IMG/VR virus record: IMGVR_UViG_3300044641_004856
Location: 28,875-92,874 of that record
Length of the DNA stretch: 64,000 nt
Reading direction: 5' to 3' (one strand)
Source: a virus
Positions within the stretch are counted from its first letter, which is position 1; each line of letters begins with the position of its first letter. A model generated the notes under the pieces. That model made no database searches. It saw only the letters and a program-made list of their open reading frames with translations, and was not told the DNA's origin. Below, piece after piece: positions 26,628 to 36,929 of the stretch. A program made the position numbers and the translations under genes.

Positions 26628-28207
26628 TGTTTACAGGCACTTTAAAACCGTATCAAGTTGAAGCCGTTGAACGTATGGCAAAGCAAAAGAAAATGCTGGT
26701 TGCCTATGAGATGGGTTTAGGAAAAACTTGCATGACGATTGCAGCACTTGAAGAGTTGCGGGAAAGAAAAGAAATTACCCAACCCACATTAGTTATTGTG
26801 TTAGCAAGTTTAAAGTATCAATGGGAAGCAGAGATAACAAAGTTTTCAAACGCCACAGTTACCGTCGTAGACGGGTCAAAAGCAGTACGAACTAGGCAAT
26901 ACGTAGATGGCACATACACGGACTACATAGTGACTAACTACGAGTCTATTGTTAATGACTGGGAGTTCCTAAAAGGTTTGCTATTTGACGCTATTGTGTG
27001 TGATGAGGCTACTGCTATAAAAGGTTTCCGTTCTAAAAGAAGTAAGAAGGTTAAAGAACTCGCAACAAAAATTCCCGTTAAGTATGCATTAACTGGCACA
27101 CCTATTGAAAATGGAAAGCCAGAAGAGTTGTATAGCATTATGCAGTTTGTTGAACCATCGATGTTAGGTCGTTTTGATTTATTTGATAAAACCTTCATTG
27201 TAAGAAATCATTTTGGCGGGGTACAGAGATACCGCAATCTTCCGTTACTACACGAGAAGATTAAAGAAGCGTCGGTTAGGAAGGCTCAGTCAGACCCTGA
27301 TGTTGCCCCCTACCTACCCGCCACTATTCATTTAAGCCCTATCAAGGTTCGCCTAAACAAACCTGCTCGAACTCTGTATGACAAAATTAAGTTAGATTTA
27401 ACAACTGACTTAGAAGAAGCCCAATCTCTTTTTGGAGGGGGTTTTTCTTTAGACGCAATTTATGGGCAAGGACAAGCCTTTGGCGGACCTGTAGACGCAA
27501 TGCGTGGGGCTATCATGTCTAAAATTACTGCGTTGCGTATGGTGTGTGACAGTCCTTCGTTACTTGTTGATAGTGCGACAAAATACAAATTAAACCAAGG
27601 CTTAGGAGGTAGTTCGTATGCTTCTTACCTTGACGATGAGGGTTATCTAGAAAACTTAGACTTAGGTGCGTCTAAGTTAGATGCCGTAGTGAGTTACGTA
27701 GTTGACCACTTAGAAACAGACGAACTTTCTAAGGTTGTAATTTTTACAAGTTACATTGGAATGTTGACGTTGCTCCAAAACGCTTTGGCAGAAAAGAAGA
27801 TAAAAAGCCGTATTTACTCAGGACAACTGAATGCTAAAGAAAAAGAAGATTCAAAACTAGATTTCCAAAACTCAAAAGAAGTTAGGGTTTTAATCTCTAG
27901 TGATGCTGGAGGTTACGGCGTTGACTTGCCTCAAGCAAATTTACTGGTAAATTATGATTTACCTTGGTCAGCAGGTAAAGCGGTTCAACGTAACTCTCGA
28001 ATACGACGTGCGTCAAGTAAATGGCCTTCCGTTATTATTCAAGACTTCTTAGTGTTAAACTCGATTGAAGAACGCCAGTTTGAAATGCTAAACCAAAAAA
28101 ATTTAGTAGCAGATGCTGTTGTTGATGGGACAGGGATTAACATTAAAGGAGGCGTTGACTTAACAGTCGGCAGTCTTTTGAACTTTTTATTAAACGCAAC
28201 TATTTAA
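26627..28207 (+). CDS. SNF2-family helicase
   Basis: LKPYQ, MGLGKT, DEA, LTGTPIEN, DLPW, QRNSRIRR. Confidence 0.92.
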   Translation: MFTGTLKPYQVEAVERMAKQKKMLVAYEMGLGKTCMTIAALEELRERKEITQPTLVIVLASLKYQWEAEITKFSNATVTVVDGSKAVRTRQYVDGTYTDYIVTNYESIVNDWEFLKGLLFDAIVCDEATAIKGFRSKRSKKVKELATKIPVKYALTGTPIENGKPEELYSIMQFVEPSMLGRFDLFDKTFIVRNHFGGVQRYRNLPLLHEKIKEASVRKAQSDPDVAPYLPATIHLSPIKVRLNKPARTLYDKIKLDLTTDLEEAQSLFGGGFSLDAIYGQGQAFGGPVDAMRGAIMSKITALRMVCDSPSLLVDSATKYKLNQGLGGSSYASYLDDEGYLENLDLGASKLDAVVSYVVDHLETDELSKVVIFTSYIGMLTLLQNALAEKKIKSRIYSGQLNAKEKEDSKLDFQNSKEVRVLISSDAGGYGVDLPQANLLVNYDLPWSAGKAVQRNSRIRRASSKWPSVIIQDFLVLNSIEERQFEMLNQKNLVADAVVDGTGINIKGGVDLTVGSLLNFLLNATI

Positions 28208-28217
28208 GGAGAACATA

Positions 28218-28661
28218 ATGGCAAAAGCGATAGATGAACCAAGAGACTTTCTTGGAGACGATAGCCTTGAAGGACAGGTAAAAGAGTATGCCTATCTAAA
28301 AGGCGTTGTTGATGATGCTGAAAAACGCCAAAAAACTCTGAAGGAAAAACTATTTGCGTATATTGAAGAAAATGGTTTTGAAGACGGTAAGGGGCATTGG
28401 TGGTATGAATTTACTGAGCCTATTGAAGGAGTCAACTCTGTTCAGAAAGAAAAAAGAGTTTCTCGTACAAAAATTGACGACTTAGTTGCTGACAGAATCA
28501 TTGAAGAAAAAGGACTTGCAGACAGACTGTATAAAACAGTCCAAGTAGTTGACGAAGATGCACTATGGGCAGCCTTGTACGAGGGCGTATTGACTGCAGA
28601 AGAGGTAGATGCAATCTTCCCTCCTAAAGTTGTTTGGGCACTAAAGTTAAGTAAGAAGTAA
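28218..28661 (+). CDS. Hypothetical protein (coiled coil, replication region)
   Basis: 147 aa; AAGGAG RBS. Confidence 0.6.
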   Translation: MAKAIDEPRDFLGDDSLEGQVKEYAYLKGVVDDAEKRQKTLKEKLFAYIEENGFEDGKGHWWYEFTEPIEGVNSVQKEKRVSRTKIDDLVADRIIEEKGLADRLYKTVQVVDEDALWAALYEGVLTAEEVDAIFPPKVVWALKLSKK

Positions 28662-28663
28662 TC

Positions 28664-29143
28664 ATGGCTGGATTGCGTAGCGATGATGAGATTGAAAAAG
28701 CATTTGCGGATTTGAAATACAAGCCTGGTTCTAAACAACAAAGACGGGCTATAAATCCAGAAGTTTCTAAAAAACGAAAGGCTAAAGAAGAATCTCCTTG
28801 GGATTCTTTAGCCATAAAGAAACAACTGAATGGAAAAGAAACAGAGGTTTTCACGATTGGTGCTATGGCTCAAGCATTAGAAAAGAGCATCATTAGTATC
28901 AGGTCGTGGGAAAAACGAGGGTATCTACCGAGAGCACCTTATCGTTTGCGGTCCAAAACTCTTAACGGAGTAAAAGTTGCAGGCAATAGGGTCTACACAA
29001 GAAGACTCATAGAAATAACTATTGAAGAGTTCTCCAAAAGAGGGCTTTTAGGAGTTTCTCGTGTAGAATGGTCTAAGCACCATGATTTAACTATTGCGAT
29101 AACTTCGCGGTGGAAAGAACATGTTGCTAACGAGAGTCAGTAG
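28664..29143 (+). CDS. MerR-like HTH DNA-binding protein
   Basis: FTIGAMAQALEKSIISIRSWEKRGYLP...RVYT. Confidence 0.75.
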   Translation: MAGLRSDDEIEKAFADLKYKPGSKQQRRAINPEVSKKRKAKEESPWDSLAIKKQLNGKETEVFTIGAMAQALEKSIISIRSWEKRGYLPRAPYRLRSKTLNGVKVAGNRVYTRRLIEITIEEFSKRGLLGVSRVEWSKHHDLTIAITSRWKEHVANESQ

Positions 29144-29190
29144 ACCTCAAATCCAACCGAGAGCGTAAGCCTCATAACCGAAAGAAGAAC

Positions 29191-29841
29191 ATGTCAATAA
29201 CCAATCCAACAGTAAATGCTGCATCGTATTTAGATGTAGATAACGAAGATGCAACACCAAAAGTCGGAACAACCGTTCAATCTGGTTGGGATTCAGCCGA
29301 TGCCCTATTACGTCAAGACACAACAGAGTTCCCAACTGATTTTAAATTCAGTGAAGAACCTCAACTTATTAAATTCCTAGAAGACGGTCCATTCCGTGTG
29401 TATGAACAGCACTGGATTGAACGAACTGGGAAAAAGTCATTTGTTGCTTTAGAAACCGATGACCCCTTTACAGATTTACTTGGAAGCAAACCAAGAGCAC
29501 GTTTTGCGTTTAACGTTATTGCATTGAGTGGTGACACACACACCGTTCAAATCCTTACCGCTCCTCCTTCATTTGCACGTCAAATTCGTCGTGCACACGA
29601 AGATGAGAGAAAGGGACCTCTAAGTAAAGAGTTTTGGGAAGTTTCTCGAATGGGAAATGGTCCAACTACTCAATACACTTTAAATTATGTACGTGGTCGT
29701 GACTTGGAAGAGGAATGGAATCTCAGCCTCGAATCAGTTAACGCCATTTTAAAAGATGCTGTTTGTTTTACACCTGACGTTATCAAGGAGACACCTCGAG
29801 AAGAGATGTTAAAAATTGCCCGTGAAGTAGCAGGCGCATAA
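29191..29841 (+). CDS. Single-stranded DNA-binding protein (gp32-like)
   Basis: LIKFLEDGPF..YEQHW..., FWEVSRMG..TTQY; directly upstream of the polymerase. Confidence 0.65.
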   Translation: MSITNPTVNAASYLDVDNEDATPKVGTTVQSGWDSADALLRQDTTEFPTDFKFSEEPQLIKFLEDGPFRVYEQHWIERTGKKSFVALETDDPFTDLLGSKPRARFAFNVIALSGDTHTVQILTAPPSFARQIRRAHEDERKGPLSKEFWEVSRMGNGPTTQYTLNYVRGRDLEEEWNLSLESVNAILKDAVCFTPDVIKETPREEMLKIAREVAGA

Positions 29842-29853
29842 CTTACTGAATAA

Positions 29854-29883
29854 GGGGAGTCTGTGCCGTCACACAGACTCCCC
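29854..29883 (+). terminator. Strong hairpin after SSB (terminator or stabiliser)
   Basis: GGGGAGTCTGTG-CCGTCA-CACAGACTCCCC, perfect 12-bp stem with a weak U tract. Confidence 0.65.
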
Positions 29884-29904
29884 ACTTCTATAACAAGGGG
29901 CATT

Positions 29905-31917
29905 ATGAATATCATTACAACGGCTATTGCTTTACAGGAAATGGTCGATTACTACTTAGACCAACCTGCTTTTGCTTTTGACGTAGAAACAGTTGGACCT
30001 GATGACTTTTCTCGCCTTCATCCCATGCTAAATGAAATCACTTGGATTTCTTTTGCTACAGAAGGACGTGTTGATGTTATTCCAATGGGACACCCAAATG
30101 GAGAGTTTTTGCACTGGAATAAACCTTTATTAAGTTCTGCACAGGCTAGAGCAGATGAGGGCTTAGAAATCCGTGAACAAGATTTTTCAAGACGTGAAAC
30201 AAGTTGGACCCCAGTATTTGATGTTCCACCAGAACAACTATTACCAGGAGAAGTTTTTGCAGCCTTAAAACCTTTAATGTTTAGCGATAAACTAAAAATT
30301 GGCCATAACTTAAAATTTGATTTAAAGGCTATAGCCAAATATTACCGTGGAGTTGTTTGTTCCAAACCTTACTTTGACACTTTGATGGCTGCTTTTATTA
30401 TCGATAACAGAACAAAAAACGGCTTATCTTTAGATGCTTGTGCTGCTCGTGAACTTGGCATAGAGGTCACTAAAGGAATTGGAAAAGCAGTTGAGCGTCA
30501 TTCTTTTAGCGATGTTGCTAACTACGCTGGAATTGATGCAGAAACAACTTGGAAATTATACAAAGCGTATGAACCTAGACTAAAAGATTACAACTTACTT
30601 ACAGTATGGCGTTTAGAGATGGACTTGCTTCTAGTTCTTGCAGACATGGAACTAACTGGAGCACACATGGACGAAAATGAGTTAAGTCTTTTAGCAAAAA
30701 GGTTAGAAAAAGACTTAATTGAAGTTACTGGTAACGCTTACCGATTAGCGGGAAAAGAGTTTGCATTGAACTCAATTCCTGAAAAACAAGCCTTGTTATT
30801 TACACCTAAATCCGAAGGCGGACGAGGAATTAGACCAAATACTAAGATTAAGATTGCTCTAACTCCTAAAGGACTAGAGGCTTCAAAGAAGGGTGAAGAG
30901 TTAACAACTCGTCATTACTCAACTAGTGCAGAAGCACTCGAGTATTACAGAGAAAAAGACCCTTTAGTTGCAGAGATTTTAAAATATCAAGATTTAAATA
31001 AGATAATGACAACTTACGTAACTCCCTATACAGGGGGTGAAATTACGAGAACCACGGCTGGTAAGTCTAAAACTTCTGAAAAGCACAGTTTGCTAGTCAA
31101 TGGAAAAGTTCATACAAACTTTAAATCTCATGGAGCCGAGACTGGTCGTTTTTCCAGTAGTGAACCAAATTTACAAAACATTCCAACCGATGGAGCCTAC
31201 GGTAAGTTAATTAGAAATCTATTTATTGCTCCTCCAGGACATAAGTTAGTAGTTGCTGACTACTCACAAATTGAACCAAGAATTATCGCTTCTTTTTCTA
31301 AAGACCCTGAGTTCGTAAAAAACTACTTAGACGGAGGAGACATTTACACAACCATTGGAGAACGAATGGGTGTAAATAGAAAAGCAGGGAAGGTTTTAGT
31401 TTTAGCAATTGCTTACGGAATTGGTCCAGAAAAAATTGCAGACCAACTTAGTTGTACTGTAAAAGAAGCACACCAACTCATGGACTTGTTTAATGATAGG
31501 TTTAGAGATATTAACCGTTATAGGCATCAATTAATTCGCCTTGCATCACAACAACGACCTATACCTTATGTGTCTACTGTGTTAGGAAGACGACGCTATA
31601 TTCCAGAGATTCTAAGTAAAGACCTTGGGCAAAAATCACGTGCCGAACGTCAAGCGTTTAACACGGTTATTCAAGGTTCGGCTGCAGACTTAATTAAACT
31701 AGCCATGGTTAGAGCACACTCATGTTTTATAAATGAGCCTACGGTTAACGTTATATTGACAGTTCATGATGAACTAGTAACAGTTACTCCCGACGCATTA
31801 GCCGAACAAGTTGGCGAAGCCATAAAAGAGTCCATGGAGGGAGTAAGATTGCCTGATATGGTGGTTCCGCTTATTGCGGATATGAAAATTGTGGAAAAGT
31901 GGGGTCAAGCAAAATGA
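29905..31917 (+). CDS. polA: DNA polymerase, family A, with 3'-5' exonuclease
   Basis: FDVET, GHNLKFD, TGRFSSSEPNLQNIP, ADYSQIEPR, QGSAAD, VHDEL; ATG at 29905 preferred. Confidence 0.95.
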   Translation: MNIITTAIALQEMVDYYLDQPAFAFDVETVGPDDFSRLHPMLNEITWISFATEGRVDVIPMGHPNGEFLHWNKPLLSSAQARADEGLEIREQDFSRRETSWTPVFDVPPEQLLPGEVFAALKPLMFSDKLKIGHNLKFDLKAIAKYYRGVVCSKPYFDTLMAAFIIDNRTKNGLSLDACAARELGIEVTKGIGKAVERHSFSDVANYAGIDAETTWKLYKAYEPRLKDYNLLTVWRLEMDLLLVLADMELTGAHMDENELSLLAKRLEKDLIEVTGNAYRLAGKEFALNSIPEKQALLFTPKSEGGRGIRPNTKIKIALTPKGLEASKKGEELTTRHYSTSAEALEYYREKDPLVAEILKYQDLNKIMTTYVTPYTGGEITRTTAGKSKTSEKHSLLVNGKVHTNFKSHGAETGRFSSSEPNLQNIPTDGAYGKLIRNLFIAPPGHKLVVADYSQIEPRIIASFSKDPEFVKNYLDGGDIYTTIGERMGVNRKAGKVLVLAIAYGIGPEKIADQLSCTVKEAHQLMDLFNDRFRDINRYRHQLIRLASQQRPIPYVSTVLGRRRYIPEILSKDLGQKSRAERQAFNTVIQGSAADLIKLAMVRAHSCFINEPTVNVILTVHDELVTVTPDALAEQVGEAIKESMEGVRLPDMVVPLIADMKIVEKWGQAK

Positions 31918-32336
31918 AGTTCTTTAAGAAGAAGAAGCAGGCTTCTTTTGATATTGACGCTTTACACGCAGAGATAATGTTTAGAATCCGTGCTTTATTT
32001 TTAGACTCTGGCATGGAAGACCCTTGGGGTATGAGTGTTATGGCTGGAACGTCTTTCACCAGTAAAGAAGTTGCAGATATGGAAGAACTAGAAAGCAAAC
32101 TTCGAGTTTCAAAAATCATTCACTTATTCCCTTTGCTTATTGCTCATGCAACTACCCTCTCAAAGGGAACAACAGAACTGCAAAGAACTAAAAATATTGA
32201 AATGCAAATGCCTGAAGAATTTTGGGATAAGTTAGAGGAAATTCATAAAGAAGTTGCTTTTTCTGCTATCTGTGGTTCACTGGCTCAATTAGTAGATTTA
32301 CAATTAATTTCAGTTGGACCAAGGAGACCAAAATGA
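31914..32336 (+). CDS. Hypothetical protein
   Basis: ATGA overlap with the polymerase gene. Confidence 0.6.
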   Translation: MKFFKKKKQASFDIDALHAEIMFRIRALFLDSGMEDPWGMSVMAGTSFTSKEVADMEELESKLRVSKIIHLFPLLIAHATTLSKGTTELQRTKNIEMQMPEEFWDKLEEIHKEVAFSAICGSLAQLVDLQLISVGPRRPK

Positions 32337-32710
32337 GTTCAGACTGGTGGGCAAAAAAACTACAAGGACAAGCACCTGCTGTTGGAAGACCTGACCCAAC
32401 ACCACCGATGCCTCCTTCGCAACAACCTATGACACGCTATGTTGCCCCTGTAGTTCAACCCCCTGCTCCTTCTAAAGCACAAAGCGTGAATCAAACACAG
32501 CAATGTCCTGAATGCGGGTCAAACAATTACTTAGCGGTCAACGCAAATGTCGCACCCCGTTGCTACGATTGTGGTTATCCGATTTCTCAATCAGGAAGTC
32601 GTTACGGCTCTTTAACTGGAGCACAAGTAGAGGGAACAACAAAAATGGCAGCAGGTAATGAACTCGGTAACAATTGGAATCCCCAAGGGATTATAGGAAG
32701 AGTGGATTAA
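32333..32710 (+). CDS. Zn-ribbon protein with Pro-rich N-terminus
   Basis: CPECGS...CYDCG; AGGAG RBS. Confidence 0.65.
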   Translation: MSSDWWAKKLQGQAPAVGRPDPTPPMPPSQQPMTRYVAPVVQPPAPSKAQSVNQTQQCPECGSNNYLAVNANVAPRCYDCGYPISQSGSRYGSLTGAQVEGTTKMAAGNELGNNWNPQGIIGRVD

Positions 32711-33723
32711 TGAACGATGAAGCAAAGAAAATCGTTGCACAACTCAACAAGAAATTTGGCAACAACGTCGTGGTTTGTGCTTCTGACATTAGGGCTGACC
32801 TTATTCCTCGCATTACCAGTGGTTCTACTACATTGGATTACGTCCTTGGAGGAGGATTTCCAGGAAACCAGTGGAACGAATTAATTGGTGAGTCTTCTCA
32901 CGGTAAAACTGCTGTTGCTTTAAAATGTATTGCTGCTAATCAAAGACTAAATCCCGATTACACAACTGTGTGGGTTGCTGCAGAGCAATGGGTTCCCGAA
33001 TACGCAGAAATGTGCGGGGTTGATGCAAGTCGCGTTATTGTTATTGAGACAAACATTATGGAAGAGGCGTATCAAGCAGTAATTGATTTTGCTGAATCCA
33101 AATCAGTAGATGCAATAGTTATTGATTCCCTCCCAGCACTATCTCCATTACCTGAAATGGAAAAAAACATGGACGAAATGACTGTCGGTAGAGGTGCTTT
33201 GCTAACAAACAAGTTTTTTAGAGTTGTTGGTTCTGCCATGAAAAGAAGTTTAGTTGAAGACGAAAGAGCCGTATTAGGTTTGATTATTAATCAATACCGT
33301 ATGAAAATTGGCGTAATGCATGGTGACCCACGCACTACCCCTGGTGGAGAAGGTAAGAATTATGCTTTCTTTACTCGCTGTGAAGTTAGAAGAGATGAAT
33401 GGATTGAGATTGGCCCTAGTGGAAATAAAATCCGTATTGGGCAAACTATCAAGGTTCGTAGTCTAAAGAATAAAACGGCACCTCCTCAACGAGTTGCTTA
33501 CTTTGATTTTTACTTTGCTCCTGGCGGTGACTGCACTCCTGGCGAATATGACTTCGCTAAAGAAATTGCAGCCATGTCAGTAGTCCACGACATTGTAGAA
33601 AGAAAAGGTGGCTGGTACTACTACGGTGAGAGAAAATGGCAAGGAAACGAGTCCTTAATCGCCAGTATTAGAGAAGAAGTCGACCTAAAAGAAGAACTGT
33701 CTAAAAAGGTATTATCATTATGA
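32710..33723 (+). CDS. recA: RecA-like recombinase
   Basis: LDYVLGGGFP, GESSHGKT, IVIDS, IINQYRMKIGVMHGDPRTTPGG, KNKTAPP, GGWYYY. Confidence 0.95.
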   Translation: MNDEAKKIVAQLNKKFGNNVVVCASDIRADLIPRITSGSTTLDYVLGGGFPGNQWNELIGESSHGKTAVALKCIAANQRLNPDYTTVWVAAEQWVPEYAEMCGVDASRVIVIETNIMEEAYQAVIDFAESKSVDAIVIDSLPALSPLPEMEKNMDEMTVGRGALLTNKFFRVVGSAMKRSLVEDERAVLGLIINQYRMKIGVMHGDPRTTPGGEGKNYAFFTRCEVRRDEWIEIGPSGNKIRIGQTIKVRSLKNKTAPPQRVAYFDFYFAPGGDCTPGEYDFAKEIAAMSVVHDIVERKGGWYYYGERKWQGNESLIASIREEVDLKEELSKKVLSL

Positions 33724-34040
33724 GGTCTGAGGGACAAAAACAATCTCAAAAGCACGAAAAGCGTTTAGCCAAAAAAGTTGGTGGAACACGAACTGCTGCT
33801 TCTGGGGCATTCTGGTCAAGAAAGGGAGACGTTCGTTCTAAAGAACTTTTAATTGAGCATAAGTGGACTGGTAAAAAACAGGTCACTATCAAGTCCGAAG
33901 TTCTAAAGAAGATTACGAGAGAGGCAATACTAGATAGCCGAATACCCGTGCTCGGCTTACATTTAGATGGGGAGAACTACGTGGTTCTTCTTGAAGACGA
34001 TTACTTGGAAATGAGAGAGACCGTTGAAAAGGAATCGTAA
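33720..34040 (+). CDS. Holliday junction resolvase-like PD-(D/E)XK nuclease
   Basis: HEKRLAK...ASGA...KGDV...IEHK. Confidence 0.75.
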   Translation: MRSEGQKQSQKHEKRLAKKVGGTRTAASGAFWSRKGDVRSKELLIEHKWTGKKQVTIKSEVLKKITREAILDSRIPVLGLHLDGENYVVLLEDDYLEMRETVEKES

Positions 34041-34043
34041 AGC

Positions 34044-34361
34044 ATGGATGAACCGTCTTACACATGGCGGTATAAAGCAAAGTGTCGCGGAGAAGATACT
34101 GACACCTTTTACCCACCTCGTGATAAAGAAAAGTACACAATCATTGCAGATAGAGCAAAGACGTTTTGTTTTGGAGCCACAGGGAACAAGCCCTGTCCAG
34201 TTCGTTTAAATTGTCTGTGGGATGCTGTAGAAAGGGATGAGCCACATGGAATTTGGGGAGGCCTGTCTCATCGAGAAAGAAATGCTCTAATTCGCAAATG
34301 GAAAAAGAAGTACAAAAAAACTATGTCGTTAGAACAATACATTAAAGAACTAGAGGATTAA
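34044..34361 (+). CDS. whiB: WhiB-family transcriptional regulator
   Basis: WRYKAKC...AKTFC...CPVRLNC...GIWGGLSHRER. Confidence 0.92.
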   Translation: MDEPSYTWRYKAKCRGEDTDTFYPPRDKEKYTIIADRAKTFCFGATGNKPCPVRLNCLWDAVERDEPHGIWGGLSHRERNALIRKWKKKYKKTMSLEQYIKELED

Positions 34362-35216
34362 ATGAACGCAGAGTTAAAGAGGTTTCTAGAGGCTAAGAAG
34401 ACTAACCCTAGACTTGTAGGGGATGTTGAACGGCACTTGCTTTCTAGAGCACCCGAACCACGGTCTACTACCGTCTTACACCCTTCGGAGATGGTAAAAA
34501 AAGATTGGTGTTTACGAGCCTCTTACTTTGCATTAACTGGAGCGACTGTTAAAAAAGAAGCCCCAAACCTACGTTTGCAATCCATCTTTGATGAAGGCCA
34601 TTTTATTCATCACAAATGGCAGACATGGTTTCGAGAAATGGGTGTATTGCACGGACAGTGGCACTGCATGGTTTGTAGCAAAGAGATGTTTGCTACCTCC
34701 CCAATTGTTTGTTTAAACTGTGGTGCTAAAAGTCTGTTCTTAACTTACAGTGAAGTCACTTTGGCTGACCCTGAAACAAGAATTCAAGGTCACACAGATG
34801 GCTGGATAAAAGGTATTGGCAACGATTGTTTAATTGAAATAAAATCAATTGGTGCAGGAACTCTACGCTTTGAAGCCCCTGACTTGTTAGCCAAGAACGA
34901 GGGAGATGTACAAAAAACGTGGCGGTCAATTAAGCGTCCGTTTAATACACATTTACTTCAAGGTCAAATTTACCTAGAACTTATGCGACGAATGCTACAG
35001 CCAGTAGACGAGATTGTTTTTCTTTACGAGTTAAAGGCTGACCAAGATTATATGGAATTTACTATAAAAGCCGACTTTGGCATGGTTGAGGAACTATTTG
35101 AAAAAGCAAAAATAGTCTGTGCTGCGGTTGAGGCTAAAGAACCTTTAGAGTGTAATATTGGTGGAAAGTTTGGTTGTAAGTCATGCCAACAATTTGGAGG
35201 AGAAAATGTCGCTTAA
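34362..35216 (+). CDS. Cas4-like PD-(D/E)XK exonuclease
   Basis: HPSE..C, GHFIH, GHTDG, EIKS, QGQIY, C-terminal C...CKSC. Confidence 0.8.
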   Translation: MNAELKRFLEAKKTNPRLVGDVERHLLSRAPEPRSTTVLHPSEMVKKDWCLRASYFALTGATVKKEAPNLRLQSIFDEGHFIHHKWQTWFREMGVLHGQWHCMVCSKEMFATSPIVCLNCGAKSLFLTYSEVTLADPETRIQGHTDGWIKGIGNDCLIEIKSIGAGTLRFEAPDLLAKNEGDVQKTWRSIKRPFNTHLLQGQIYLELMRRMLQPVDEIVFLYELKADQDYMEFTIKADFGMVEELFEKAKIVCAAVEAKEPLECNIGGKFGCKSCQQFGGENVA

Positions 35217-35694
35217 ACTAGGGCAAGCAGCAAAACAAGCAGTCGAAGAATTATTAGACCAGGGGTTTATTATTTCACCAACACAATCTACTTACCCAGT
35301 CCCCCACCCAGACTTAACTATTTTAGACAGTGAAGAGTTAAGTAGATTATTTAGTCAGTTAACTGCTTGGACTAATTATGTTGCAACTCAATTAGCAGCA
35401 GCACAAATTGATGAACGTGCTGCAGAAAAATTGTTAGATACACAAACTGCAAAACGTATGATTTTACGGTCAAGTTCCACCGCTAAAACACCTGTCGCTG
35501 CTATGAAGGCTGACGTTGCAGGAAGTCCTGAGATTATAAAATTATCTGAGGAATTAGAAACACTGTATGCGTATAGGAAAATGATTGAGGTAATGTTCTT
35601 TAACTTAGAAAGAGACTCTGCTTTAATTTCTAGAGAACTAACTCGTAGAGCATCTGACTTTAGAGCCAACAGGCAGGACAAAGCCTCATGGTAG
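35206..35694 (+). CDS. UvsY-like recombination mediator (coiled coil)
   Basis: Helical protein ending ISRELTRR in the recA cluster; GGAGG RBS before ATG 35206. Confidence 0.5.
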   Translation: MSLKLGQAAKQAVEELLDQGFIISPTQSTYPVPHPDLTILDSEELSRLFSQLTAWTNYVATQLAAAQIDERAAEKLLDTQTAKRMILRSSSTAKTPVAAMKADVAGSPEIIKLSEELETLYAYRKMIEVMFFNLERDSALISRELTRRASDFRANRQDKASW

Positions 35695-35975
35695 ATGAAA
35701 CAGTTTTATACGAGGCACAGCGTTTAATTACTAATGACCGTAATAAAGCCTACGACCACCCATTAGATAATTTTGCTCGTATTGCAAAGGGTTGGTCTGT
35801 AATTTTTAATAGCGAAGTAACTGAAGAACAAGTTGCTTTAGCAATGACGTGGGTAAAAATATGCCGAGAGGTTCATCAGCATAGTCGAGACAACATTGTT
35901 GATGGTGCTGGTTATTTAGGCACATTGCAGATGGTCATAGATGAGCGTGAACTGCGTGCCAACAAAAACGATTGA
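35688..35975 (+). CDS. DUF6378-family protein
   Basis: EAQRLITNDR..YDHP..NFARIA..WS...K..R...DNIVDGAGY. Confidence 0.75.
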   Translation: MVDETVLYEAQRLITNDRNKAYDHPLDNFARIAKGWSVIFNSEVTEEQVALAMTWVKICREVHQHSRDNIVDGAGYLGTLQMVIDERELRANKND

Positions 35976-36531
35976 CGGTGGGTTAACAAGAAAAACTGAC
36001 GTTTACATTGGCATTGACCAGTCGTTAACGGGGTTTGCTTTAACAGCCCTATCCGAAGATAACCCCTTAGAGTTTTTTACGTGGGTATACAAATCTCCTT
36101 ATTTTGGTATTGAAAGATTAGTAGATATTAAAGAGTGGCTTGAAGATACTTTAGATTACATTCAAGAACATGGTGCAGAGTTACTAGACGTATCTATAGA
36201 AGGAAGTGTGCTACAAAGTCCTGCTGCTCTTAAGTTAGGGGAGTTAGCAGCGATTGTTAAACTTGCTTTATACGAAAGAGAAAAGATATTTCCTTTACAA
36301 GTTTCTCCCATGACCCTAAAGAAGTTTGCTGCGGGTAAAGGAAACGCCAAAAAACAAGAGATGCTCCTACAGATGTACAAACGTTGGGGTGTTGAGTTTA
36401 ATGATGACAACGCTGCCGACTCCTACGCCTTAGCCCGTCTAGTCTCAGGAAACGGGATAAACAAGGTAGAAACCGAGATTATCGAACAAATGTCTAATCC
36501 AAAGTACAGAGATGAACCACGTTTAGCCTGA
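35941..36531 (+). CDS. RuvC-like Holliday junction resolvase
   Basis: IGIDQSLTG, IEG, LKKFAAGKGNAKK, DNAADSYALA; start may be GTG 35956. Confidence 0.85.
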   Translation: MSVNCVPTKTIDGGLTRKTDVYIGIDQSLTGFALTALSEDNPLEFFTWVYKSPYFGIERLVDIKEWLEDTLDYIQEHGAELLDVSIEGSVLQSPAALKLGELAAIVKLALYEREKIFPLQVSPMTLKKFAAGKGNAKKQEMLLQMYKRWGVEFNDDNAADSYALARLVSGNGINKVETEIIEQMSNPKYRDEPRLA

Positions 36532-36603
36532 CTTTTAAGGGTTTCTTCTCTACCTTTATGAGTAGGTAGGGCACTACAAATCGAACTTAAAGGACTACTA
36601 ATT

Positions 36604-36894
36604 GTGACTAAAGAACCAACCCCCGCTTCAGAAGAAGCGTTTTTACGTGTAAGTGCTGGAAGTAACCCTCAAAGCGTTGCTTCTGCGATTGCTCATGCTT
36701 TGTATTCAGGTGGGCAAGTAAAACTACGAGCCGTAGGTGCAGGAGCCGTTAATCAAGCGGTTAAAGCCCTAGCGATTGCTCGAGGCTATGTTGCTCCACG
36801 AGGATTGGATTTGACTTGTAAACCAGGGTTTACAACCATTGAGAGCCGTGACGGAGAAATTTCTGCAATTGTTTTTAGCATTGAAGCAAGGTAA
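36604..36894 (+). CDS. spoVS: SpoVS-family protein
   Basis: LRVSAGSNPQSVASAIA...RAVGAGAVNQAVKALAIARGYVAPRGLDL.CKPGF...ISAIVF. Confidence 0.92.
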   Translation: MTKEPTPASEEAFLRVSAGSNPQSVASAIAHALYSGGQVKLRAVGAGAVNQAVKALAIARGYVAPRGLDLTCKPGFTTIESRDGEISAIVFSIEAR

Positions 36895-36929
36895 AAAAAG
36901 GTATTATTAAGGTAAGCAAAGGAGTTTAT

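Noticed and set aside
34362-35216. CRISPR-Cas system suggested by the Cas4-like gene
   Set aside because: No repeat-spacer array or other cas genes; stand-alone Cas4-like nucleases are common in phage recombination clusters.
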